Source of the DNA: Nitrososphaeria archaeon
GTDB taxonomy: Archaea; Thermoproteota; Nitrososphaeria; Geothermarchaeales; JDFR-13
DNA: 64,000 nt
Direction of reading: 5' to 3'
Assembly (NCBI GenBank): GCA_027078545.1
Contig: JALWXN010000004.1
Coordinates: 256,001 to 320,000, forward strand
The notes under the pieces were generated by a model. The model was given only the letters and a program-made list of their open reading frames with translations. It did no database searches and had not been told where the DNA came from. Of this stretch, positions 40,018 to 48,762 are shown piece by piece. The translations under genes and the position numbers were made by a program. The first letter of the stretch is position 1. The number at the start of each line of letters is the position of its first letter.

Positions 40018-43000
40018 GTGTCCTTCGGTAGGGAGATTAGGAGGTATGAGGAGCAGGCGCATAGGTATGCCATCTCATCGATAAAGTTTGGCGTACTCTC
40101 TCCACAGATGATTAGGTCTATGTCTGTGGTGGAGATCACTAATGAGTCGCCCCGTAACGAGCTTGACGAGCCTATGCCTGGCGGTGTTCTGGACCCGAGG
40201 CTGGGTAATCCCGAGCCTAACTCATACTGCCCGACCTGTGGTAATGATAGGGATCACTGTCCAGGGCATTTCGGGCATATAGACCTGGCCCTACCGGTGA
40301 TCAACGTCCTCTTCGCAGAGTATATCTACCTGATCCTGAAGGGTGTCTGTCTAAACTGTTCACATATCAAGATTGATCCTAAGAAGAAGCCGAAGTATAT
40401 TAAGAGGGCCTGGGAGCTTAGGAAGAACCTCCCCTACATGTACGACCTCTTCGTGAAGAAGATTATCAAGGAGGCTTCAGAGGCTGAGAGGTGCCCCAAC
40501 TGTGGGAAGGAGAATATCAAGATCGTCTTTGAGAAGCCACATAAGTTCTTCAAGGTTACGAAGGATGGTGAGCATATAGAGCTGATGCCTAGTGAGATCA
40601 GGAGCGTATTTGAGAACATCCCTGATGAGGAGCTTATCCTGTATGGCCTCTACTGTGAGGCTGGTGCCCAGGCGTATGGTGCTGGGAGGAAGGCGGACTG
40701 CATAAGGCCTGAGTGGTTCATACTCCAGGCTCTGCCGGTACCGCCACTTACTGTTAGGCCCTCTATCCTGCATGAGGGTGGAGAGCGTAGGGAGGATGAT
40801 CTGACACATAAGCTTGTTGATATCGTGAAGGTTAACAGTAAGATTAGGAAGGATAAGACTGCCGGCTCTGTGGCGATGGCTCTGAAGAATGACTATGATG
40901 TTCTCCAGCTCCACGTCATTACATATTTCCATAACGAGTTGCCGGGTATTCCTCCGGCTACTCATAGGGGTGTGAAGAGGCTTAAGACCCTTGTCCAGAG
41001 GCTTAGTGGTAAGGAGGGTAGGTTTAGGAATAACTTGATAGGTAAGCGTGTAAACTTCTCTGCTAGGACCGTTATCTCGCCCGACTCGAACCTGGATATT
41101 AATGAGGTTGGTGTCCCAGTAGATATAGCTAAGATATTGACTGTGCCTGAGGTTGTGACTCCCTATAACATTGACTTCCTTAGGCAGCTGGTCCTGAATG
41201 GTGCGGATACGCATCCAGGGGCGAACTATATCTATAGGCAGAAGACGAAGAGTAGGCATAACCTGAGGTATGTGACGGATAGGAGCTTCCTCGCCAATAT
41301 GCTGGAGGTTGGTGATATAGTTGAGAGGCACCTTATGGATGGCGATATAGTCCTCTTCAATAGGCAGCCGTCGCTCCACAGGATGTCGATGATGGGCCAT
41401 ATAGCTAGGATACTCCCCTATAGGACGTTCAGGCTCCACCTAACGGTCTGTCCACCCTACAACGCCGACTTCGATGGGGACGAGATGAATCTGCATGTCC
41501 CGCAGAATAGTGAGGCCCAGGCAGAGGCAAGGTCCCTGATGCTGGTTGAGAACCAGATTATCAGTCCGAGGTATGGAGCCCCGATCATCGGCTTCACCAA
41601 GGACTACCTAACCTCCTCCTTCCTCCTGACTAGGGATGAGAAGAGGCTGGATAAGGCTAGGCTCTTCAACCTCCTCTCGATCTATGATGAGATACCGAAG
41701 ATGGATATGGTTAGGAACTGGGATAAGATGCATAGTGGGAGGCTCCTATTCAGTATCCTCCTGCCCAAGGACTTCACCTACTCATTGAAGAGTAGGCTGG
41801 AGGAGGACGTGATTATTAAGGAGGGTGTCCTGGTCAAGGGTGTCATAGATAAGAGGTCTATTGGTGCCGAGCAGGCCGATAGTGTCCTACATAGACTGGT
41901 GAGGGAGTATGGTAATAGGTTTGGTGGGGACTTCATCACGAGGTTCGCCTCGGTGCTGGATAGATACCTATTGTCCAGGGGCTTCTCCATAGGTATTGAG
42001 GATCTCAAGCTGCCTGAAGAGGTTGTGGAGGAGATTAAGGAGATTGAGAGGGAGGCCCATAGGAAGGTTGAGGAGGTTATTAGGCAGTATAGGGAGGGTA
42101 GGCTGGAGCTTATCAAGGGCCTCTCGCCCGAGGAGTCTCTTGAGCAGAAGATACATGAGATACTGGCCGATGCTAGGACTAGGGCTGGTCTGAAGGCGTT
42201 GGAGAGCCTGGATAAGGATAACCCGCTCTATGTGATGGTCATCAGCGGTGCACGTGGTACTGATATTAATGTGGCCCAACTCACGGCTATGCTTGGGCAG
42301 CAGACGATCAGGGGTGAGCGTATCTCCAGGGGCTATGGCAAGAGGACGTTGACCGTGTTTAAGGAGGGTGATATAGGTACGAAGGCTAGGGGCTTCATAG
42401 GCAGCAATTTCTACCGTGGCCTGAACCCTGTGGAGTTCTTCTTCCACGCGATAAGTGGTCGTGAGGGGTTGATGGACACAGCTGTGAAGACCCAGGAGAG
42501 TGGTTATCTCTATAGGCGTATACTATACTCTATGGAGCATCTCCAGGTTGACCACGACTTCACTGTGAGGACCTCGTATGGTAAGATTGTGCAGTTCGTA
42601 TATGGTGAGGATAAAGTAGACCCTGCCAGGAGTGACCATGGTAAGCCGGTAAATGTGGAGCGCCTGGTAGACTCTATATCGCTGCTCTACCCCAAGGGTA
42701 AGTATGCAGGGAGCAAGTATATCGATGAGATCCTCTCAAAGGTTAAGGATGAGATACCGCCCTCTCTCTATGAGGAGCTTAGAACAGTCCTGATGAGGAA
42801 GAGGGCTAATAAGGAGGTTGTTAGGGAGGCTGTTAGGCAGGCCGTCCTCAACTATAGGAGCTCAACCATCGATCCCAACACTGCCATAGGTGTGATAACC
42901 GCCCAGTCGATCGGTGAGCCTGGTACCCAGATGACTCTGAGGACCTTCCACTACGCCGGTGTAAAGGAGAAGAACGTGACTATTGGTCTGCCACGTATCA

Positions 43001-43920
43001 TAGAGATCGTGGATGCTAAGCAGAAGCCGTCGACGCCTAGGATGACGATCTACCTGGATGAGGAGCATAGGTATAGCCAGGAGAAGGCTGAGGAGATAGC
43101 TAATAAGATTAAGAGTACGAAGCTGAGGGATGTTGTCCTTGGCTATAGCATCGACCTGGCCAGTAGGAGGGTGGTGTTCAGGCTGGATATGGATGCCTTG
43201 GAGAAGGTTGGGTTGACTCCTAAGGATGTTAAGAGGGTCTTTAGCAGGAGGTACTCGACAGAGCTTAATGGTGACCTGCTCGCTGTGAAGCCGTCGATGA
43301 AGCTGAAGGAGGGTGAGGAGACGAATCTGGACATCATTGTTGAGAAGCTGAGGAAGGCTGCTGAGAGGTTCCTCGAGAGGCATATAGCTGGTGTCCAGGG
43401 TATTATGAGGGTCACGGTTGACCGTGTAGTTAATGAGGAGACTGGTGAGGAGGAGTGGGTGCTCTACACAGCTGGTAGTAATCTGAGGGAGGTCCTCACC
43501 TTCGAGGGTGTAGACCCGACTAGGACGGTTACGAACGATATATTCGAGATATATGAGGTCCTAGGTATAGAGGCTGCTAGGAACGCGATTATCAATGAGA
43601 TTAAGGCTGTTCTGGATGAGCAGGGTCTCGACATTGACTATAGGCATATCATGCTGGTGGCTGACCTGATGACTAGGGAGGGTGTGATTAAGCAGATGGG
43701 TAGGTACGGTGTCGTTGCTCTTAAGGAGAGTGTCCTGGCTAAGGCGGCCTTCGAGACTACTGTGCCTGTCCTAGTCAAGGCTGCCGTGAGGGGTGAGACC
43801 GACTATTTAAGGGGTCCGACCGAGAATATAATAGTTGGCTCTCGTGTACCCATAGGGACGGGTAGCGTCGATGTATACATAAGGGTGGGTAGCGATGGAG
43901 GAGACGGTAAGGAGGCTTGA
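40018..43920 (+). CDS. rpoA: RNA polymerase subunit Rpo1, unsplit (A'+A'' fused)
   Basis: CPGHFGHI, NADFDGDEMN, and AQSIGEPGTQMTL in one 1300-aa ORF. Confidence 0.98.
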   Translation: MSFGREIRRYEEQAHRYAISSIKFGVLSPQMIRSMSVVEITNESPRNELDEPMPGGVLDPRLGNPEPNSYCPTCGNDRDHCPGHFGHIDLALPVINVLFAEYIYLILKGVCLNCSHIKIDPKKKPKYIKRAWELRKNLPYMYDLFVKKIIKEASEAERCPNCGKENIKIVFEKPHKFFKVTKDGEHIELMPSEIRSVFENIPDEELILYGLYCEAGAQAYGAGRKADCIRPEWFILQALPVPPLTVRPSILHEGGERREDDLTHKLVDIVKVNSKIRKDKTAGSVAMALKNDYDVLQLHVITYFHNELPGIPPATHRGVKRLKTLVQRLSGKEGRFRNNLIGKRVNFSARTVISPDSNLDINEVGVPVDIAKILTVPEVVTPYNIDFLRQLVLNGADTHPGANYIYRQKTKSRHNLRYVTDRSFLANMLEVGDIVERHLMDGDIVLFNRQPSLHRMSMMGHIARILPYRTFRLHLTVCPPYNADFDGDEMNLHVPQNSEAQAEARSLMLVENQIISPRYGAPIIGFTKDYLTSSFLLTRDEKRLDKARLFNLLSIYDEIPKMDMVRNWDKMHSGRLLFSILLPKDFTYSLKSRLEEDVIIKEGVLVKGVIDKRSIGAEQADSVLHRLVREYGNRFGGDFITRFASVLDRYLLSRGFSIGIEDLKLPEEVVEEIKEIEREAHRKVEEVIRQYREGRLELIKGLSPEESLEQKIHEILADARTRAGLKALESLDKDNPLYVMVISGARGTDINVAQLTAMLGQQTIRGERISRGYGKRTLTVFKEGDIGTKARGFIGSNFYRGLNPVEFFFHAISGREGLMDTAVKTQESGYLYRRILYSMEHLQVDHDFTVRTSYGKIVQFVYGEDKVDPARSDHGKPVNVERLVDSISLLYPKGKYAGSKYIDEILSKVKDEIPPSLYEELRTVLMRKRANKEVVREAVRQAVLNYRSSTIDPNTAIGVITAQSIGEPGTQMTLRTFHYAGVKEKNVTIGLPRIIEIVDAKQKPSTPRMTIYLDEEHRYSQEKAEEIANKIKSTKLRDVVLGYSIDLASRRVVFRLDMDALEKVGLTPKDVKRVFSRRYSTELNGDLLAVKPSMKLKEGEETNLDIIVEKLRKAAERFLERHIAGVQGIMRVTVDRVVNEETGEEEWVLYTAGSNLREVLTFEGVDPTRTVTNDIFEIYEVLGIEAARNAIINEIKAVLDEQGLDIDYRHIMLVADLMTREGVIKQMGRYGVVALKESVLAKAAFETTVPVLVKAAVRGETDYLRGPTENIIVGSRVPIGTGSVDVYIRVGSDGGDGKEA

Positions 43921-44224
43921 GGCGGCCCTACCAGTGGTTGCCAAGACTGGGAAGATCCTCTTTGGGAGGAATAATGTGTTATGGGCGCTTAGGAACGAGG
44001 CTGATAAGATAAAGGTCATACTGGTGGCTAGGAATCCTCCGCCAGGCCTCCTAGAGGAGATAGGGCCTATGGCGGAGGAGAAGGGTGTCCCGCTTCTCAG
44101 GAGTAGGAGGACTAATCTTGAGCTCGGGGCTCTATGTGGGAGGCCCCACTCCGTATCGGTTGTGGCTATCTATGACTTTGGGAGTGCCCCGATAGAAGAG
44201 GAGACATTGTATGCCAAGCAGTGA
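43895..44224 (+). CDS. rpl30e: 50S ribosomal protein L30e
   Basis: KTGK..FG, NLELGALCGRPH.VS; conserved position after rpoA. Confidence 0.92.
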   Translation: MEETVRRLEAALPVVAKTGKILFGRNNVLWALRNEADKIKVILVARNPPPGLLEEIGPMAEEKGVPLLRSRRTNLELGALCGRPHSVSVVAIYDFGSAPIEEETLYAKQ

Positions 44225-44705
44225 GGGCCTTAGCTTTACAAATGATGAGCTCGCCTTGATGAGCCTCTTCCACGGCATTACTGGTGAGAATCCCCTTGCC
44301 TGTAAGATCATCGAGGACTATGTATACTTCATCATTACTGAGGAGGCTCTCTACCGTATCATGGCCGACCCTGTGATGAGAGGGGAGCTACGTCGCAGGA
44401 TAGGTGGGAGGTTCACTAGGAGTAGGGTGTTGAGGGCCCTATCCTCCATTCTGACCGAGAATATAGGTTCCCCCACCTATGTAGCCGTCTATTACGATGA
44501 TCCTATAGAGTTTCTCAAAACCTTCTTCGGCCTGGACAGCTCCGCGAGGGTGGAGCTTAGGAATAGTGGTGGTAGGACCGTGGTGAACATATACGTCTCC
44601 CCAGAGAAGAAGGGGATCGTCATAGGTAGGAATGGTATCCGTGCCAGGGCTGGTAGGTTCTTCGGGAAGGCGCTCTACAACATCGACCAAATAAATATCA
44701 GGTAG
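44211..44705 (+). CDS. nusA: NusA-like KH-domain transcription factor (divergent)
   Basis: Position between L30e and S12; C-terminal KH KGIVIGRNG; N-terminal LF..ITG. Confidence 0.8.
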   Translation: MPSSEGLSFTNDELALMSLFHGITGENPLACKIIEDYVYFIITEEALYRIMADPVMRGELRRRIGGRFTRSRVLRALSSILTENIGSPTYVAVYYDDPIEFLKTFFGLDSSARVELRNSGGRTVVNIYVSPEKKGIVIGRNGIRARAGRFFGKALYNIDQINIR

Positions 44706-44738
44706 GCCCGTCATAACGATTTTAGGTGGTGTTGGGGA

Positions 44739-45179
44739 ATGGGTAGGAAGAGCCCGAAGGGCATGTTCGCGGCTAGGAAGCTAGTTATGAAGAGGAAGAA
44801 GTTTAGGTGGAGTGACATCAAGTATAGGAGGCGGATGATGCGGCTCGATGAGAAGGCGGATCCACTTGAAGGAGCCCCGATGGCCCGTGGAATAGTTATT
44901 GAGAAGGTGGGTGTGGAGGCTAAGCAGCCTAACTCGGCTCTCAGGAAGTGTGTACGTGTCCAGCTCATCAAGAATGGTAAGCAGGTCACAGCCTTCCTAC
45001 CTGGGGACGGTGCCCTCAACGTTGTTGATGAGCATGACGAGGTTATGATAGAGGGTATAGGCGGCTCCCAGGGGAGGGCGATGGGTGATATACCAGGTGT
45101 TAGGTATAGGGTCTTCCTCGTCAATGGTGTCCCGCTAGACCTCCTAGTCAGGGGTAAGATTAAGAAGCCTAAGAGGTGA
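44739..45179 (+). CDS. rps12: 30S ribosomal protein S12
   Basis: [25 protein letters not shown]. Confidence 0.98.
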   Translation: MGRKSPKGMFAARKLVMKRKKFRWSDIKYRRRMMRLDEKADPLEGAPMARGIVIEKVGVEAKQPNSALRKCVRVQLIKNGKQVTAFLPGDGALNVVDEHDEVMIEGIGGSQGRAMGDIPGVRYRVFLVNGVPLDLLVRGKIKKPKR

Positions 45180-45183
45180 TCCT

Positions 45184-45765
45184 ATGGCGTCTAAGCAGCA
45201 GGTTGGGCTTAAGCTATTCGGCCGATACTCCTTCAAGGATGTGGAGGTTAGGGATATCAGTCTGAAGGACTATATCTCGTTGAAGCCTGTCCTCCTGCCC
45301 TGGAGTGGGGGGAGGCATGAGAAGAGGAAGTTTGAGAAGGCGAAGGTAAACATTGTTGAGAGGCTGGTTAACAAGCTTATGCGACCTGGGAAGATGGGTG
45401 GTAAGAAGCAGAAGGCGATCAAGATTGTAGAGGCGGCTTTCAGGATTATTGAGCTTGAGACTGGTGACAACCCTATACAGCTCCTGGTATATGCGATTGA
45501 GAATGCTGGTCCCTGTGAGGATGTAACGACGATTGCCTATGGTGGTGCGGCCTACACGGTCAGTGTAGATGTATCACCTCTGAGGAGGATCGATGTTGCC
45601 CTGAGGAACATTGTTATCGGGGCTAAGAACGCCGCGAGGAATAGTAGGATGAGTATTGAGGAGGCCCTCGCGAGGGAGATCATACTGGCGGCTAGGAACG
45701 ACCTTGGCAGCTACGCCATATCTAAGAGGGTTGAGATCGAGAGGATAGCGATGGCCAGCCGCTAG
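45184..45765 (+). CDS. rps7: 30S ribosomal protein S7
   Basis: IVERLVNKLM, NPIQ, VDVSPLRR, ERIAMASR. Confidence 0.97.
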   Translation: MASKQQVGLKLFGRYSFKDVEVRDISLKDYISLKPVLLPWSGGRHEKRKFEKAKVNIVERLVNKLMRPGKMGGKKQKAIKIVEAAFRIIELETGDNPIQLLVYAIENAGPCEDVTTIAYGGAAYTVSVDVSPLRRIDVALRNIVIGAKNAARNSRMSIEEALAREIILAARNDLGSYAISKRVEIERIAMASR

Positions 45766-45803
45766 CCTGGCTGGCGTGGTTTATAAATCCCATGCCTAAA
45801 TGC

Positions 45804-45811
45804 TTTATATA
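45804..45811 (+). promoter_or_regulatory. putative TATA box for EF-1alpha
   Basis: TTTATATA about 30-40 nt upstream of the start codon. Confidence 0.55.
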
Positions 45812-45848
45812 TACCATCTCTGGAATTGATTGGAGATAGGTGAGAGCT

Positions 45849-47165
45849 ATGGCCAAGAAGAAGGAGCATATGAACCTGATAGCGATCGGCCATGTTGACC
45901 ATGGGAAGTCTACGCTGATGGGTCGCCTGCTATATGAGGCTGGTGTGATCGACCAGAGGCTTATCCAGCAGTATGAGGAGGAGGCTAAGAAGCTGGGTAA
46001 GGAGACATTCAAGTTCGCCTGGGTTATGGATAAGTTGAAGGAGGAGAGGGAGAGGGGTCTCACTATTGATCTCTCGTTCTATAAGTTCGAGACCCCCAAG
46101 TATGAGTTCACCCTTATCGACGCCCCCGGCCATAGGGACTTTATCAAGAATATGATTACGGGGGCTAGTGAGGCGGATGCAGCTATTCTCGTCGTCTCCG
46201 CACGTCCAGGTGAGTTCGAGGCTGGTATCTCTCCTGGTGGCCAGACTAGGGAGCATGCAAGCCTGGCTAAGATCCTAGGTATAAACCAGCTAGTAGTGGC
46301 TATCAACAAGATGGATGATCCCGGTGTGAACTGGAGTAAGGAGAGGTATGAGGAGATTAAGAACGAGATTGCTAGGCTCCTAAAGACCCTTGGCTACGAT
46401 GTGAGTAAGATCAGGTTTGTACCTGTCTCGGCCTGGACCGGTGATAATGTCCTTAAGAAGTCTGACAAGATGCCTTGGTACGACGGGCCTACGCTGATCG
46501 AGGCTCTAGACGAGTTCGTGCCTCCGCCTAAGCCTATCGACAAGCCTCTCCGCCTACCGATACAGGATGTATACTCGATCACTGGTGTGGGTACGGTCCC
46601 AGTTGGTAGGATAGAGACTGGTAGGATGAGGGTTGGTGACCGCGTCGTCTTCATGCCGCCAGGCCTTGTCGGTGATGTGAAGTCTATCGAGATGCATCAC
46701 CAGCCTCTGGAGGAGGCTGTCGCGGGTGACAATATAGGCTTCAACGTGAAGGGCGTCTCCAAGAAGGATATTAGGAGGGGTGACGTCGTAGGCCATGTAG
46801 ATAATCCTCCGACGGTTGCTGAGGAGTTCATAGCACAGATCTTCGTGATCTATCACCCGACAGCCATAGGAGTTGGCTATACACCAGTGATGCATGTGCA
46901 TACTGCCCAGGTGGCCGTAACTTTCATAGAGCTTCTGAAGAAGCTGGATAGGAGGACTGGCCAGGTTGTGGAGGAGAACCCGAGCTTCCTCAAGACTGGT
47001 GACGTCGCCATAGTGAAGCTGAAGCCTCTGAGGCCAGTGTCACTGGAGGAGTTCCAGCAGTTCCCAGAGCTGGGTAGGTTCGCAATCAGGGATATGGGTC
47101 AGACCATAGCTGCTGGTGTGGTCAAGGAGATTACTAAGAAGGCTGAGGTCAAGATTAAGGGTTAG
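45849..47165 (+). CDS. tuf: translation elongation factor EF-1alpha
   Basis: [32 protein letters not shown]. Confidence 0.98.
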   Translation: MAKKKEHMNLIAIGHVDHGKSTLMGRLLYEAGVIDQRLIQQYEEEAKKLGKETFKFAWVMDKLKEERERGLTIDLSFYKFETPKYEFTLIDAPGHRDFIKNMITGASEADAAILVVSARPGEFEAGISPGGQTREHASLAKILGINQLVVAINKMDDPGVNWSKERYEEIKNEIARLLKTLGYDVSKIRFVPVSAWTGDNVLKKSDKMPWYDGPTLIEALDEFVPPPKPIDKPLRLPIQDVYSITGVGTVPVGRIETGRMRVGDRVVFMPPGLVGDVKSIEMHHQPLEEAVAGDNIGFNVKGVSKKDIRRGDVVGHVDNPPTVAEEFIAQIFVIYHPTAIGVGYTPVMHVHTAQVAVTFIELLKKLDRRTGQVVEENPSFLKTGDVAIVKLKPLRPVSLEEFQQFPELGRFAIRDMGQTIAAGVVKEITKKAEVKIKG

Positions 47166-47210
47166 TAGTTTTATATCCCTCCCCCATCCAACTATTTTTC
47201 CTGACTCGAG

Positions 47211-47525
47211 ATGATCAGGGGAACGAAGACTAGGATAATTGTATATGGAACTGACCATAAGGCCCTGGACAGTTTTATGGAGGAGGTTAGGGCCATAGCT
47301 GAGAAGACGGGTGCGAAGTATTCTGGCCCTGTATACCTTCCTACTAAGAGGGTTGTCGTCCCTACTAGGAAGAGTCCCTGTGGACAGGGGAGTGAGACGT
47401 GGGACAAGTTTGAGCTTCGTATTCATAAGAGGCTTATCGATATTGAGCAGAACGAGAACACTATGAGGCATCTCATTAGGCTAAGGGTTCCTGACAACGT
47501 CTTTATCGAGGTAAGGCTTACATAG
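47211..47525 (+). CDS. rps10: 30S ribosomal protein S10
   Basis: GPVYLPTK, RKSPCGQG, RIHKRLIDI. Confidence 0.97.
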   Translation: MIRGTKTRIIVYGTDHKALDSFMEEVRAIAEKTGAKYSGPVYLPTKRVVVPTRKSPCGQGSETWDKFELRIHKRLIDIEQNENTMRHLIRLRVPDNVFIEVRLT

Positions 47526-47533
47526 CTACAATT

Positions 47534-47959
47534 CTATATGTCCAAGACATACTCGATCACGTATCTATCCCCCTCCATATCAATCCTCATCTCATGGTAG
47601 GTCATAGCCTTTACATGTATCTTTGGTTCATGCTTGTTTAGGTTGAGGTCTTCGCCCCACATCTCGGCGTGGAGGACGTATCTACCATCCTCTCTATGAA
47701 TCCTAGTCTTGAAGCGTGAGTAGATCTTACCTTCTGAGTCGAGCCTCACTATCAGCTCCTCAATGAAGTTGTAGAGAAGCTCCTCTAGGTCGTCTCCATA
47801 GACGGTCAGCTCATCCTTCTTCTGTGGAGTGACGGTATTAATATCTACCGTGGTGTCTGTGAAGGCCTCCGCGGCCTTCTCGAAGGCCTCCTCCAACGTT
47901 TTTCCCCAGGCCCTAATCTTTATGTCAGCAGTGTGTGACAGGAATTCATATCCATTCAT
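47534..47959 (-). CDS. archease (RtcB tRNA-ligase cofactor)
   Basis: YEFLSHTADI, VKAMTYH, C-terminal VLDI. Confidence 0.95.
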   Translation of the reverse strand: MNGYEFLSHTADIKIRAWGKTLEEAFEKAAEAFTDTTVDINTVTPQKKDELTVYGDDLEELLYNFIEELIVRLDSEGKIYSRFKTRIHREDGRYVLHAEMWGEDLNLNKHEPKIHVKAMTYHEMRIDMEGDRYVIEYVLDI

Positions 47960-47971
47960 CAACTTTCACCA

Positions 47972-47992
47972 CAATTCATACTTTATCCATGG
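47972..47992 (+). repeat. left copy of imperfect direct repeat CAATTCAT-N4-TATCCATGG flanking the oxidase cluster
   Basis: Matches 54172-54195 (CAATTCAT-N7-TATCCATGG). Confidence 0.5.
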
Positions 47993-48061
47993 TTCACATG
48001 ATATATGAGTAGGCCGTCTGTAGAGGGAATCATATAAAGACGTGCCAATACAGCGTACATA

Positions 48062-48088
48062 TTTTTTAATACCGGTGAAAATATTTTC
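48062..48088 (+). promoter_or_regulatory. putative cox promoter TATA with downstream 12-bp palindrome
   Basis: TTTTTTAATA followed by GAAAATATTTTC (48077-48088). Confidence 0.45.
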
Positions 48089-48130
48089 TAACATAACCAA
48101 ATTCAAGTGGATTCACGTGTGGTGGTAATC

Positions 48131-48745
48131 GTGACCCACGGGATAGTGCTCCAGATACCCGGGGAACCAGCTGGGACATGGTACTCACTATTCAACTTGT
48201 ACTTCAGTCTGGGACTGCTAGTAGGCTCAGTAGTAATAGGGATGTTGTTGTATTTCGTCTGGAAGTACAGAGAGTCAGTATCAAACGAGAGTGACGACAT
48301 AAAGCCAGGGGTAGTGCCTGGAGAACGGAGTAACATGAAGCTCATAGTAGTATTCTTTGGGCTAACATCGATCATACTCTTCACACTAGCGTCATACTCC
48401 ATCTTAGTGACTAACTATGTGGAGAAGGTTCCCAAGGCAGACGACATATTCGAGGTAACGGTGCAGGGTTTCCAGTGGGGTTGGCGCTTCATATACCCCA
48501 ATGGAACGGAGGTCGTTGGTGAGGTTGTGGTTCCAAAGGATAAGATCGTCGTCTTCAGAATAACCAGCATGGATGTTTTCCATAAGTTCCAACTTATTGA
48601 GTTTAGAACAGGTGCAGACGCTCTTCCAGGAGCCTTTAACGTGATATGGATAAAGCCTACTGAGGCCGGCACATACACCATACAGTGCTATGAGCTCTGT
48701 GGAATTGGGCATTCCTTGATGGTCGCTACTCTGAGGGTCGTGTGA
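48131..48745 (+). CDS. coxB: heme-copper oxidase subunit II (CuA); start uncertain (48107-48146)
   Basis: Two TM helices, GFQWGWRF, DVFH, CuA motif CYELCGIGHSLM. Confidence 0.95.
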   Translation: MTHGIVLQIPGEPAGTWYSLFNLYFSLGLLVGSVVIGMLLYFVWKYRESVSNESDDIKPGVVPGERSNMKLIVVFFGLTSIILFTLASYSILVTNYVEKVPKADDIFEVTVQGFQWGWRFIYPNGTEVVGEVVVPKDKIVVFRITSMDVFHKFQLIEFRTGADALPGAFNVIWIKPTEAGTYTIQCYELCGIGHSLMVATLRVV

Positions 48746-48762
48746 AGTGGGGGTGAGTATAA

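Noticed and set aside
40477-41439. 320-aa antisense ORF and similar ORFs opposite rpoA/rpoB
   Set aside because: Shadow frames of conserved genes with no recognisable motifs.
45766-45848. EF-2 missing between S7 and EF-1alpha
   Set aside because: A normal arrangement in many TACK archaea.
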